Position numbers and translations under genes: made by a program. Positions 24,426 through 32,991 of a DNA stretch of 64,000 nt are shown here, one piece after another. The stretch's first letter is position 1. Each line of letters starts with the position of its first letter. This DNA is from Cumulibacter sp. (GTDB lineage: Bacteria; Actinomycetota; Actinomycetes; Mycobacteriales; Antricoccaceae): assembly GCA_047975195.1 (NCBI GenBank), contig JBKEDB010000013.1, positions 4,106 to 68,105 of the forward strand, read 5' to 3'. The notes beneath the pieces were generated by a model that had not been told where the DNA came from, searched no databases, and saw only the letters and a list, made by a program, of their open reading frames with translations.

Positions 24426-25928
24426 GTGACAGATCGTCAACAGCAGGCACCAGACGCCGTATTGCGCGCGCCGCGGCCGGCGGCCGAGCCGGTCGCGGCC
24501 CCGACCGAGGCGCGCTCGGAAGGTACCGCGCAGCGACCTGCTGAAGCGACGCCTGTTCCGGCTGCCGGGCAGCAGGAATCTTCGCAGCGAGAGGTCATCC
24601 AGGGACGGCGCACCGAGGCCAACACCGTGACGGCCTCGGCGTCCGCATCGTCTGCCGCGACATCCCCGATCGCACGTCGCCGCGAGGCCGCGCAGCGGTC
24701 ATCGCGTGAACTCGCCGAACAGCAGGCGATCGCGGCGGCAGCGAAGAACGCCGCACCGCCGGCCGACCCGCAGGACGATCAACGGGTGATCGAACCGCCG
24801 GTCGAAATCCGCCAACGCCGATTCGGCACCGTTCATGCCGGACAGGTCATCACAGCTGAAGGCGCGATCGTCGCTGTAGCGGCGGTTTCTCGAAGTTCGA
24901 TGGTGACCTTGTTATCGGTGGCAGCGGTCTCATTGATCGCGCTCGCCATCTGCTTCGTGCGCATTGATGGGCGATGGCTGTACGAATGGCTAGGCACCGC
25001 GGCGCGGTATCTCGCCCGGCGTCGCGTCACTGCCCTCGACGCGGCTTCACCAGGTTCAGCGATCCTGTCCGCAGTTGCGCACGGGGGAGCCTTGCGTAGC
25101 CTCGACGTCGACGGCCGTGGGGTTGCGGTGCTCACTGACTCGACCGGGTTCGCCGCGGTGCTTGAGGTGGCTCCCAGCGAGCGTGCGGATCTGAGCCGTG
25201 AACGAAGCCTGCCGTCGCTGGCTGAACTCTTGCCGCACAACGAAGCCGGCGATGTACCGATTTCGGTCCAACTCATCACGCACGTTGTACCGGCGCCGAA
25301 TGTCGCGGCTCTCGACGACGCCGCCGCCAACTCTTACCGAGAGTTGAGCGGGGGCGCCATTCCCGCTCGACGCCGCACCTGGGTGTGCGTACAGGCGATG
25401 TTTTCTGCCGATGTTCCCTCGCCGGCGACGGTGGAGCGGTCACTGCTGAACGCGGTACGGCGGGTAGAGCGCAGGATGCGCAAAGCCGGATTCCGGCCGC
25501 GTGCGCGGACGGTTCGTGAAGCTGCCGAGGATCTGGCTACGTTGATCCGGATGGATCCGGCGCAGCCAACGGGGACGTTGCGCGAAGGCTGGCGTCAATG
25601 GCAGGCGGACACTGCGATGCACGTGACGTACGGCGTGCGCGAATGGCCAGCGCTCTGCGAACGGGAGACCGCCAGTGCGTTGATCGAAGGCATCGAGTCG
25701 GTGCCCGCATTGGCCAGCACCACCTCACTGGCGGGACGCCGCGTTGGTGACTGCGTGGATGTGGAGGCGGTCATCCGATTTACGGTGCGAGAAGACTCGA
25801 CGCAGCAAACCGTCGACGGAAGCCTGCAACGAGTGCTAGCTCAGTCCGGAGCCGATCTGCGCCGACTCGATGGTGCACATCGCTTCGGCGTCGGTGCGAC
25901 GCTACCCACCGGCGGTTTCGCGATATGA
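24426..25928 (+). CDS. eccE: ESX membrane component EccE
   Basis: Disordered N-terminus, then two adjacent TM helices 'AIVAVAAVSRSSMVTLLSVAAVSLIALAICFV' followed by 'RIDGRWLYEWLGTAARYLARRR', then a cytoplasmic domain of about 300 aa. This is the typical EccE layout and position. Confidence 0.75.
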   Translation: MTDRQQQAPDAVLRAPRPAAEPVAAPTEARSEGTAQRPAEATPVPAAGQQESSQREVIQGRRTEANTVTASASASSAATSPIARRREAAQRSSRELAEQQAIAAAAKNAAPPADPQDDQRVIEPPVEIRQRRFGTVHAGQVITAEGAIVAVAAVSRSSMVTLLSVAAVSLIALAICFVRIDGRWLYEWLGTAARYLARRRVTALDAASPGSAILSAVAHGGALRSLDVDGRGVAVLTDSTGFAAVLEVAPSERADLSRERSLPSLAELLPHNEAGDVPISVQLITHVVPAPNVAALDDAAANSYRELSGGAIPARRRTWVCVQAMFSADVPSPATVERSLLNAVRRVERRMRKAGFRPRARTVREAAEDLATLIRMDPAQPTGTLREGWRQWQADTAMHVTYGVREWPALCERETASALIEGIESVPALASTTSLAGRRVGDCVDVEAVIRFTVREDSTQQTVDGSLQRVLAQSGADLRRLDGAHRFGVGATLPTGGFAI

Positions 25929-26662
25929 CCGATAAATTCGCGGACGTACGCCGCATGGTCGATATGAATGCGCCCACCCAGGTGCGGGGGGTGCGCACTA
26001 GTAACGAGGTGCTGGGTGGGGTGGAGTACACCGCCGGGGGCGCCGGCATGATTCTCGGTCGCGAGCCCGGCGGTCAGCTCGCGGTGCGCGAACTGTTCAG
26101 CAGTGAGCCACGCGAGATCCTCGCCGTCGGCACGATCGGGCTGGCCAAGGTTCTGGCCTTCCGTGCCTTGGCATTGGGAGCTCAGGTATGGGTGGAGACC
26201 CGCCGCGTCGCGGCCTGGGATGCGTTCATCCGAACATCCGCAGGTGCATCCGGCGCGATTCGAGTAGTCCGCGAGTTTCCTGATGCGCGATTCGCCAGCG
26301 AAGATCGCCCCGTGTTCGTGCTGGTAGACAGCGACTCGTCGCTCGCTGAAGATGACCAGGTAGGACTCTCGTGGACGACGGTATTGACGCTATATTCGCA
26401 ACTTACGCCGTGGAACGTCCCAGACCTGACCTACGCGGACCTGGCGATCCTGCAGAGATTGACCCCTGCCGAAGCGCGGCTGGCGGCCGGGAGGATCAGG
26501 GGAGGCGACCTGGCGCAGCGGCTCGAAGCGGTCTCTCATGAGGGGATTGGGCTGCTGTCCGGGAACAACCTGGACGTCGTCACCCTTGAGTTGACGGCGG
26601 TCGAGCGTTACATGATCGGGGACGTCAGCCGAACTCGCCGCCGTGCTGCTGCGCGGGATTGA
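25925..26662 (+). CDS. Hypothetical ESX-linked protein with degenerate P-loop-like strand motifs
   Basis: Its ATG overlaps the eccE TGA (ATGA at 25925-25928). 'ILAVGTIGLAKV' looks like a decayed Walker A and 'PVFVLVDSDSS' like a Walker B strand. Composition is protein-like. Confidence 0.6.
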   Translation: MTDKFADVRRMVDMNAPTQVRGVRTSNEVLGGVEYTAGGAGMILGREPGGQLAVRELFSSEPREILAVGTIGLAKVLAFRALALGAQVWVETRRVAAWDAFIRTSAGASGAIRVVREFPDARFASEDRPVFVLVDSDSSLAEDDQVGLSWTTVLTLYSQLTPWNVPDLTYADLAILQRLTPAEARLAAGRIRGGDLAQRLEAVSHEGIGLLSGNNLDVVTLELTAVERYMIGDVSRTRRRAAARD

Positions 26663-27047
26663 GGTCGATGAATTCCAAGCGATACTGGCGAACCTGACTC
26701 GCCGGCACCCAACTGCGGTACACACCGCGCTCGACGCGTTCTAGGCCTGCTTCGGCGGCTGCGGGCGCGTCGTTGGCCAACGACTCTACGAGCAGTTCGG
26801 AGGGTTCGGTTCGCTCGTCGAGGATAGCCACCGGTACGTCACCAACTTCTCCGATCGGCCGCACATAGTGGATCCTGTCGCACTCGGCCAATGGAACTTC
26901 ACGCACGAACTCCTCGCCAATGGGTTCGAACCCCTCACCGTCGCGCGGACTGTGCAGGCTGACGAGCTGTTCATCCTGTCCCAGATAAATCGCGGCGTCA
27001 TACTCGGTGCCGAGATAACTGGCGACGATGCGGGCGCGGGCAATCAT
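26625..27047 (-). CDS. Hypothetical acidic 140-aa protein, last gene of the espI-like operon
   Basis: Its ATG overlaps the upstream stop (ATGA at 27044-27047). Composition is diverse and non-repetitive. No motif recognised. Confidence 0.6.
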   Translation of the reverse strand: MIARARIVASYLGTEYDAAIYLGQDEQLVSLHSPRDGEGFEPIGEEFVREVPLAECDRIHYVRPIGEVGDVPVAILDERTEPSELLVESLANDAPAAAEAGLERVERGVYRSWVPASQVRQYRLEFIDLNPAQQHGGEFG

Positions 27048-27982
27048 CGCTCACCATGCCCGAATGTGGACGCCTGCACCTCATCGGTGCGAGCAATGAG
27101 TCGCCAGCCGCCGGCAGCCAGGTCGAGCATCGCGATTCGGCGTTGACCTGTTTCGCTGATCTCCCACAGCTCGGCGCCGGTCGGCAGCGGCGCGCAGTTT
27201 GCCTTGAATTCGCGGATGACCTGCGTGGGCGCCGGCCCGAACCCGAGCCCCACAAAGGGCGGCTCTTCGATAACTGAGCCGCCGACCAGGTCTCGCGCGG
27301 CGGCCGTCTGACCGCCGTACGCGTCCGCGTAGAGACAGAGTGCCAATGGACGCCAGCGTAGTGCGAAGGTGGCGCCGTACGCGTCGAGGTAACGCTCCCT
27401 CGGTAGGCCGAGGTCATCGACCAGAACGCCCGGATTTCTGAGATGTTCGACGTGCCAGTAGAACTGGCAGTATCCCGATACCGTGCGCACGCGGGCTTCG
27501 ATCATGGCCTCTACATCGGCCGGCGCGATGACCTTCTGCAGGACTAGATCGAAACGCCCCTCGGGTGTATCGAGTAGCTCCATCGGCGGTGCGGCCAACC
27601 GTGCGAGCATGCCCGACTCAAAGTAGAACGCGACGCCGAGTCCGGGGTTGATTGCCAGCCCGAACGCCGGGTCGGGCCAGGCGGCGGCGAGATCATCCAG
27701 CCGGACAATGATGCCGTGCGTCAGGTTGCCCGACGCCGCCATCGCCATGGCTTCGAATGAGGTGTACACGACAACGAAGGTTCGTTCGTCGTCGGTGTAC
27801 GTGGGCCATCGGCTCGGTTCCTCCTGCTCGAAGGCCTCCGGTGTAGTGGGCATGACGAACTGTGCGGGCATCAGCAGCCCGTAACAGCGGGCGATATCTG
27901 CCGCAGCGAACGCTTCGGTCAACTGCTCCTCGAACTCGCTGGATGCCTGCCAGGGCAGGTGCGTCCGGATCGGCCCGGTCAT
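27044..27982 (-). CDS. SseB-like N-domain protein with an unknown C-domain
   Basis: 'FVVVYTSFEAMAMA...GLAINPGLGVAFYFE' resembles the SseB family. The start at 27982 forms an ATGA overlap with the upstream stop (27979-27982). The track ORF begins at 28003. Confidence 0.65.
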   Translation of the reverse strand: MTGPIRTHLPWQASSEFEEQLTEAFAAADIARCYGLLMPAQFVMPTTPEAFEQEEPSRWPTYTDDERTFVVVYTSFEAMAMAASGNLTHGIIVRLDDLAAAWPDPAFGLAINPGLGVAFYFESGMLARLAAPPMELLDTPEGRFDLVLQKVIAPADVEAMIEARVRTVSGYCQFYWHVEHLRNPGVLVDDLGLPRERYLDAYGATFALRWRPLALCLYADAYGGQTAAARDLVGGSVIEEPPFVGLGFGPAPTQVIREFKANCAPLPTGAELWEISETGQRRIAMLDLAAGGWRLIARTDEVQASTFGHGER

Positions 27983-29334
27983 CGTCCGCCGTGCAAGGAG
28001 CATCCGAAGGCCAATGACGACAACGCGTGCCCGGCCTGCTGGGTAACTGGTTGCAGGCTGTCGAAATCAATGTAGCCGCCCGGCGAGATCGCCGGGTCGG
28101 TGGGAATGCAGACCACCGCATGGCATATCTGTTCGAGCCCGCGCTTGGTCTCTGCGACGTTGATCACGGGCTGGTCCGGCACATTGCCCATCACCACAAT
28201 TGAGCGGCTGGCGAGTTCGCCGTGCCCAGTCGCTGCGAGCCAATCGAGTGCGTTGTGGGCCGCGAGTACGCCGTCCACACTCGCCGACGTCGCGATCACC
28301 AATGCATGTGAGGCCTCGATCACGCGGCGCATGAGCGAACCGGCGATGCCGGTCCCGCAGTCGGTGACGGACACCGGGAAGTAGCGGTACAGGGCGCGCA
28401 CGGCCGCGACGTAGGTTTGCTCGCCGAACTCAGCGCTTTGTGCTGGGTTGCGCCCGGACGGCAGGATCCATACGCCGTCGTTCGTCCGGGCGATCACGCC
28501 GCGCAGCACATCCAGCGTGCCGGGATCACCCATGGACGCGATGTCGTGCGCGGAGGCGATCGGTGGCGTACCGAGTCGCAACAGAAGCGATCCGTACGTG
28601 GTGTCGGAGTCCAGGAGTAGCACGGGTTCGGCGCGCACGCGGGCGATGGTGCGCGCCAGCAGGATCGCCGAGGTCGTCTTGCCCACGCCGCCCTTGAGGC
28701 CGACGACGCTGATCCGCCGTGGCGTTTCGATCATGCTGGCGAGCGCATCCGTGGTGGTGTTGGCCGGAAGTTCTGCCGGTACCGGTCGCCCGCGCCCGAA
28801 CCAGCGTCGCTTCGGGGGACTGATGTCGGTGAGGTGTGACACCCGCGGGTCGAGATGCGGGGCGGTCGGGCGGAGATCGTCGGCTCGCCGATCGCCCTGT
28901 GCTGCATTACCCGGCTCGGTGAACTCGTGATTTATCGGATCCTGAGCGGCACCTGGGACGCCGTTGTCGTGATCGTCGAAGCCGCGTCCGGGCGCGGCGT
29001 GCTTCGGTCCAGATCGTTCAGTCGGCGCCGGGGGAGTCGCGCGTGGCGCGGGCGGCCGTAGCCGATTCTGTGGTGCATTCTCGGGCTGACGGGGGACCGC
29101 GCGCTGCAGGACGGCGTCAAAATCCGAGGGTTCTGCAGCCCCGCCTGACTGGTGCGGCGCGCCGTCGGGCTGAGGTGCGGGCGGCGCGGTCGGCGGGGCG
29201 GTGGGCGGCGGTCCCGGCGTAGACGTGTCCTGCAGGTCACCGTCGTACGCCCGGCGCGAACGTGGGGGTTGAAGCGGCGACGGCGGACGTTCGGAGCCCG
29301 TGGGGGCGTGATTCCCCTCAGGCGGTTTCGTCAT
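27979..29334 (-). CDS. EspI-like protein: Pro-rich disordered N-half plus a ParA/MinD-type (CpaE-like) ATPase
   Basis: Deviant Walker A 'VVGLKGGVGKTTSA' and 'LLLDSDTTYGS'. The N-half is Pro/Ala-rich (PPPTAPPTAPPAPQP). Start chosen at ATG 29334 (GGGAAG upstream). Alternatives are 29430 and 29532. Confidence 0.8.
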   Translation of the reverse strand: MTKPPEGNHAPTGSERPPSPLQPPRSRRAYDGDLQDTSTPGPPPTAPPTAPPAPQPDGAPHQSGGAAEPSDFDAVLQRAVPRQPENAPQNRLRPPAPRATPPAPTERSGPKHAAPGRGFDDHDNGVPGAAQDPINHEFTEPGNAAQGDRRADDLRPTAPHLDPRVSHLTDISPPKRRWFGRGRPVPAELPANTTTDALASMIETPRRISVVGLKGGVGKTTSAILLARTIARVRAEPVLLLDSDTTYGSLLLRLGTPPIASAHDIASMGDPGTLDVLRGVIARTNDGVWILPSGRNPAQSAEFGEQTYVAAVRALYRYFPVSVTDCGTGIAGSLMRRVIEASHALVIATSASVDGVLAAHNALDWLAATGHGELASRSIVVMGNVPDQPVINVAETKRGLEQICHAVVCIPTDPAISPGGYIDFDSLQPVTQQAGHALSSLAFGCSLHGGR

Positions 29335-29503
29335 GCGCTTCCCATCGAGTGGTTGGTGACTGCACGCTCGATCATAGGCGTCGATAGCGTCGGGGTCAGG
29401 CCGCTTGATCTGTGGCCTGCCTGACTGCATGGCACACGGCGATACCCGCTGCAATAATCGCAGTCGATCCCCACGAGCCTCTACGAGCCGAAGAGCGGAG
29501 CCA

Positions 29504-31201
29504 ATGGCGCAGACAATCCAGGTGGACCCCAACAGCCCCGGTTGCTATGTGAACCTCGCTGAAGCGATAGCGGAGGCGCCTACGGGCTCGACCATCCGAA
29601 TCGCTGCCGGTGAGTACCCAGAGAGCATTCGCCTGGACTCCAAGGTGCTCATCCTGGAGGGCGAACCTCTCGCCGAGGGTGGTGATGATCAGTCGTCCTT
29701 GACGACCAGAATCGTCGGCGGTGGTGGATGGGCGCCGATCGTCGAGCAGACCGGTGGCGAGTTGACCCTGCGCCATATCGTGGTGAGTGCTGCGGATGCC
29801 GACGCGGTGAAGGTCGTCGAGGGGACCCTCACGGTGGAGTCGTCGGTGTTCACCGCACGATCGGGTAACGCATTGCGGATCTCCGATGGCTCGACGTTCT
29901 CAGGTCGCGACGTGACCTTGGAGAATTCCCAGGTGGGGCTGGTCGTAGAGGACGCCGAGGGCGAGCTGATTGACGCGCACATCCGGGAGATTGGCGACGA
30001 TGGCGTCGTGGTGCGGCTCGGAGCTTCGCCCACGCTGCGCAACTGCAAGATCGCCAACGTCGGTGGTCGCGGAATCTATGTGTACGAGTCGGCCAAGCCG
30101 GTCGTCGAGGGCTGTGAAATCACCGGCAGCCGTGCCGAGGGAATCGCGATCGCCCAGGGTGGCGCGCCGACGCTGAACCTGTGCAGGGTGATCGGGGCGG
30201 GGTCTTCGGGAATTAGGTTCGGTCCCGGTACCGCAGGACAGTTGCGCAATTGCACCACCGAGCGTTGCAGCGCGCCCGAGATCGATATCGCCCAGGATGC
30301 GGACGTCGAGCGGATTGATACGAACGCGAAATCGGCAGGCTTGGGTGCCGTGGAGGCACCCAAGGGCGACCCGCAGCGAGTCGAGTCGCTGCTCGCCGAA
30401 CTCGACGGCATGGTGGGGTTGCACGGGGTCAAGGCCGAGGTCAGGTCGATTATCGACGAGATCCAGGTGAATGAATGGCGCCGTGCCGCTGGGTTGAGCG
30501 TAGGCGGCATGTCGAACCACCTCATCTTCGCCGGTGCGCCGGGTACGGGTAAGACGACAGTGGGGCGCATCTACGGTCAGCTCCTCGCAGCCCTCGGGGC
30601 GCTTCCGGGCGGACCGCTGAAGGAGGTCTCGCGTCGCGATCTGGTCGGGCAGTACGTCGGGCATACCGCAGAGAAGACCGCCGCTGTGTTCGACGAGGCC
30701 AAGGGCGGCGTGGTGTTTCTCGACGAGGCCTACACGCTCACCAGGCAGGCTGGCGGCGGCAGCAACGACTTCGGTCAAGAAGCCGTCGACATGATCGTGA
30801 AGCTGATGGAAGACATGCGTAAGGACATCGCGGTGATCGCTGCGGGGTACACGCACGAGATGCGTGACTTCCTCGATGCGAACCCCGGCCTTGCCTCCCG
30901 CTTCGTGAAGACCATCGAGTTCGAGAACTACGATGCCGACGACCTCACCAAGATCATCACCGGGATGATCACCAGCAACGACTATGCGATCGCCGACGAC
31001 GCCGTGGGGCTATTGCGCGACTACTTCGAACGGATTCCGCGGGATGAGAACTTCGGCAACGCGCGAGACGCGCGCAAGTTGTTCGAGAAGCTCCGCAAGG
31101 TCCAGGCTGGTCGGTTACGGCAGCTGGCGAGTCGTCCGGAGCTGAGCGAGCTCATCACGATCACCTCCGCGGACGTACAGGAAGCGACGAGTACGCCGTA
31201 G
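29504..31201 (+). CDS. EccA-like CbxX/CfxQ-family AAA+ ATPase fused to an N-terminal right-handed parallel beta-helix domain
   Basis: ATG 29504 follows GGAG. Residues 1 to about 290 show PbH1-like repeats (e.g. 'GRGIYVYESAKPVVEGCEITGSRAEGIAIAQGGAPTLNLCRV'). The C-half has 'HLIFAGAPGTGKTTVGR', 'VVFLDEAY' and 'IAAGY...ANPGLASRF', typical of CbxX/EccA. Confidence 0.85.
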   Translation: MAQTIQVDPNSPGCYVNLAEAIAEAPTGSTIRIAAGEYPESIRLDSKVLILEGEPLAEGGDDQSSLTTRIVGGGGWAPIVEQTGGELTLRHIVVSAADADAVKVVEGTLTVESSVFTARSGNALRISDGSTFSGRDVTLENSQVGLVVEDAEGELIDAHIREIGDDGVVVRLGASPTLRNCKIANVGGRGIYVYESAKPVVEGCEITGSRAEGIAIAQGGAPTLNLCRVIGAGSSGIRFGPGTAGQLRNCTTERCSAPEIDIAQDADVERIDTNAKSAGLGAVEAPKGDPQRVESLLAELDGMVGLHGVKAEVRSIIDEIQVNEWRRAAGLSVGGMSNHLIFAGAPGTGKTTVGRIYGQLLAALGALPGGPLKEVSRRDLVGQYVGHTAEKTAAVFDEAKGGVVFLDEAYTLTRQAGGGSNDFGQEAVDMIVKLMEDMRKDIAVIAAGYTHEMRDFLDANPGLASRFVKTIEFENYDADDLTKIITGMITSNDYAIADDAVGLLRDYFERIPRDENFGNARDARKLFEKLRKVQAGRLRQLASRPELSELITITSADVQEATSTP

Positions 31202-31235
31202 GCCCGCACGCCGCACTGCAGCGGCTACCAACAAA

Positions 31236-31280
31236 CCTCAAGGGCCGCTCTCGTTGACGAGAGCGGCCCTTGAGGTTTTA
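31236..31280. terminator. Intrinsic terminator between the convergent eccA-like and M23 peptidase genes
   Basis: Perfect 18-bp stem cctcaagggccgctctcg / cgagagcggcccttgagg with loop ttga, followed by ttttat on the + strand. Confidence 0.75.
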
Positions 31281-31302
31281 TACGGCACGGTGTTGTGCAG
31301 GG

Positions 31303-32529
31303 TTATTCGACCGCGATGCCGCGCTCGGCGAGCCACACCTGCGGGTTCTCGCGCGCGCCGTACATCCCGTTCGTCACCTCAAAGTGCAGGTGCGGTCCGG
31401 TGGAGTAGCCACGGTTGCCGACATCGGCGATGTGCTGGCCAGCCTTGACCTTCTGCCCATCACTGACGAAGTACTCGTTGATGTGGCCGTAGACCGTCAC
31501 GTCGCCGTTCTCATGCTGAATGTAGACCGCGAGACCGAAGCCGGTCGCTGGGCCGGCGCGCATGACGGTGCCGTCGCCGGCTGCGAAGATCGGCGTACCG
31601 ATCGAGTTCGCCAGGTCGATACCCTCGTGGAAAGTGCCCCAGCGGGCGCAGTAGCAGCTGGTGAGGGTGCCGTCGACCGGTTTTGCCCACTTGCCCTTGA
31701 CCTCGCCGGTGATCTTGTCCTTTGGCGTGCTGGCAGCGCTGGGGGCGTCGCTGGAGGTCTGCGGAATGCCCGCTTCGGCCTGGAGCGCGTCCATCTTGAC
31801 CTGCGCCGCGGCGAGTTTGGCCTGGCTGTCGGAGGAGACCTTCTGAGCCTTCTTGGACTGCGCGGCTGCCGTTGCTGCGGCCTCGTCGGCCGACTTGGAC
31901 GCAGCCTGCTGAGTCGCCTTTGCGGCGAGCATCGCGTTGATGTGCTTGAGCTGATAATCGGTCACGGTGTCGCCGAGCACAGCCTTATCGATGAACTCCT
32001 GCGGACCATCGGAGGAGAGCAGCGTCTGCTCGGTGAGGGACATCGGGCCCTGCATGTACATATCGGCGGCGACGGCGTTCGCCTGGTCGGTAGCGGCCTC
32101 AGCCTCAGCCGTGGCCTCCGCGAGGGCCTTCTTGGCCTTATCTGCCTTCTCCTTGGCGAGGCTCGCCTTGCCCGCAGCCTGGTTCGCCGCATCTGCGGCG
32201 GCGAGCATTTCGGCGTTGAGCTTCTCGATCTCGAGCTGCAGTTGGCTGACCTCGGGTGAGTATTGGCCGCCCGTGCCGCCGGTCGCTCCGTTGGTGTCGC
32301 CCGTGCCGGTGCTGCCGTCGCTATATCCGGTGCCGTCGCTATATCCGGTGTCCGCGTCGCCAGTTGCGCCGTAGCCGCTGGACTGATCGTCGTATTGGTA
32401 CTGGCTGTTGTATCCGTACTGATCGGACTCGGAACCAGAAGACGGGGCGGCGCTCGCGGCGAGCGGGGTGCTCAGTGCCACCGTGGTGGCGGCGAGCGCA
32501 CTCACGATCGCCATCTTGCGTCGATGCAC
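31303..32529 (-). CDS. Secreted M23 (LytM-type) peptidoglycan endopeptidase with a coiled-coil N-region
   Basis: Signal peptide 'KMAIVSALAATTVALSTPLAASA'. M23 metal motifs 'FHEGIDL' and 'GPHLHFEV'. Ala/Lys/Glu-rich coiled-coil middle. Confidence 0.9.
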   Translation of the reverse strand: MHRRKMAIVSALAATTVALSTPLAASAAPSSGSESDQYGYNSQYQYDDQSSGYGATGDADTGYSDGTGYSDGSTGTGDTNGATGGTGGQYSPEVSQLQLEIEKLNAEMLAAADAANQAAGKASLAKEKADKAKKALAEATAEAEAATDQANAVAADMYMQGPMSLTEQTLLSSDGPQEFIDKAVLGDTVTDYQLKHINAMLAAKATQQAASKSADEAAATAAAQSKKAQKVSSDSQAKLAAAQVKMDALQAEAGIPQTSSDAPSAASTPKDKITGEVKGKWAKPVDGTLTSCYCARWGTFHEGIDLANSIGTPIFAAGDGTVMRAGPATGFGLAVYIQHENGDVTVYGHINEYFVSDGQKVKAGQHIADVGNRGYSTGPHLHFEVTNGMYGARENPQVWLAERGIAVE

Positions 32530-32991
32530 TAGGTCGGGTCCTTACGTTGATTCGGTTCCTCAGCAGCGAGACAAACGATAACGGACAGATAAAGACTGTC
32601 AACAGTCTCTACCCGGCCGCACTCCCGGAGTTCAGTTATCCACAGGGATAACCGGCAGCCGGCTTACAGCGTTGTGGATCGATTCGAAGGGGCCACGACC
32701 CACTGCGTAACGATCCGGTAACACGGTAGTGCGCTCGGGCCGACAGGTCGAGCGATCGGGGCATAGGTAACACTCTGTACCCCGCCCGTTCGCCCGTCGT
32801 TCACCCCCTGTTGTCCCTGCTGACCTGGGGTTTCGGGGAACTTGATGATTCGGATGCGACGTGCGGCACATTTTCGGTGAACGGGTTTGCAGTTCACACC
32901 GACACGATGTAAACCCGTAAGATTCGACGGGTCATCCGTTCGCCGTCACCTGCGCGTGATCCTTGCGCACCGACCACCGTGGAGCATCTCG

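Noticed and set aside
27044-27550. C-terminal half of the SseB-like protein as a TNT/ART-type toxin domain
   Set aside because: I could not match the remembered TNT signature (PWFGQPGGG-type motif) or any ART R-S-E pattern. It is left as unknown.
29900-32259. ORFs 29900-30856 (-) and 31270-32259 (+)
   Set aside because: They are antisense to the AAA+ ATPase and the M23 peptidase, both of which have clear catalytic motifs.
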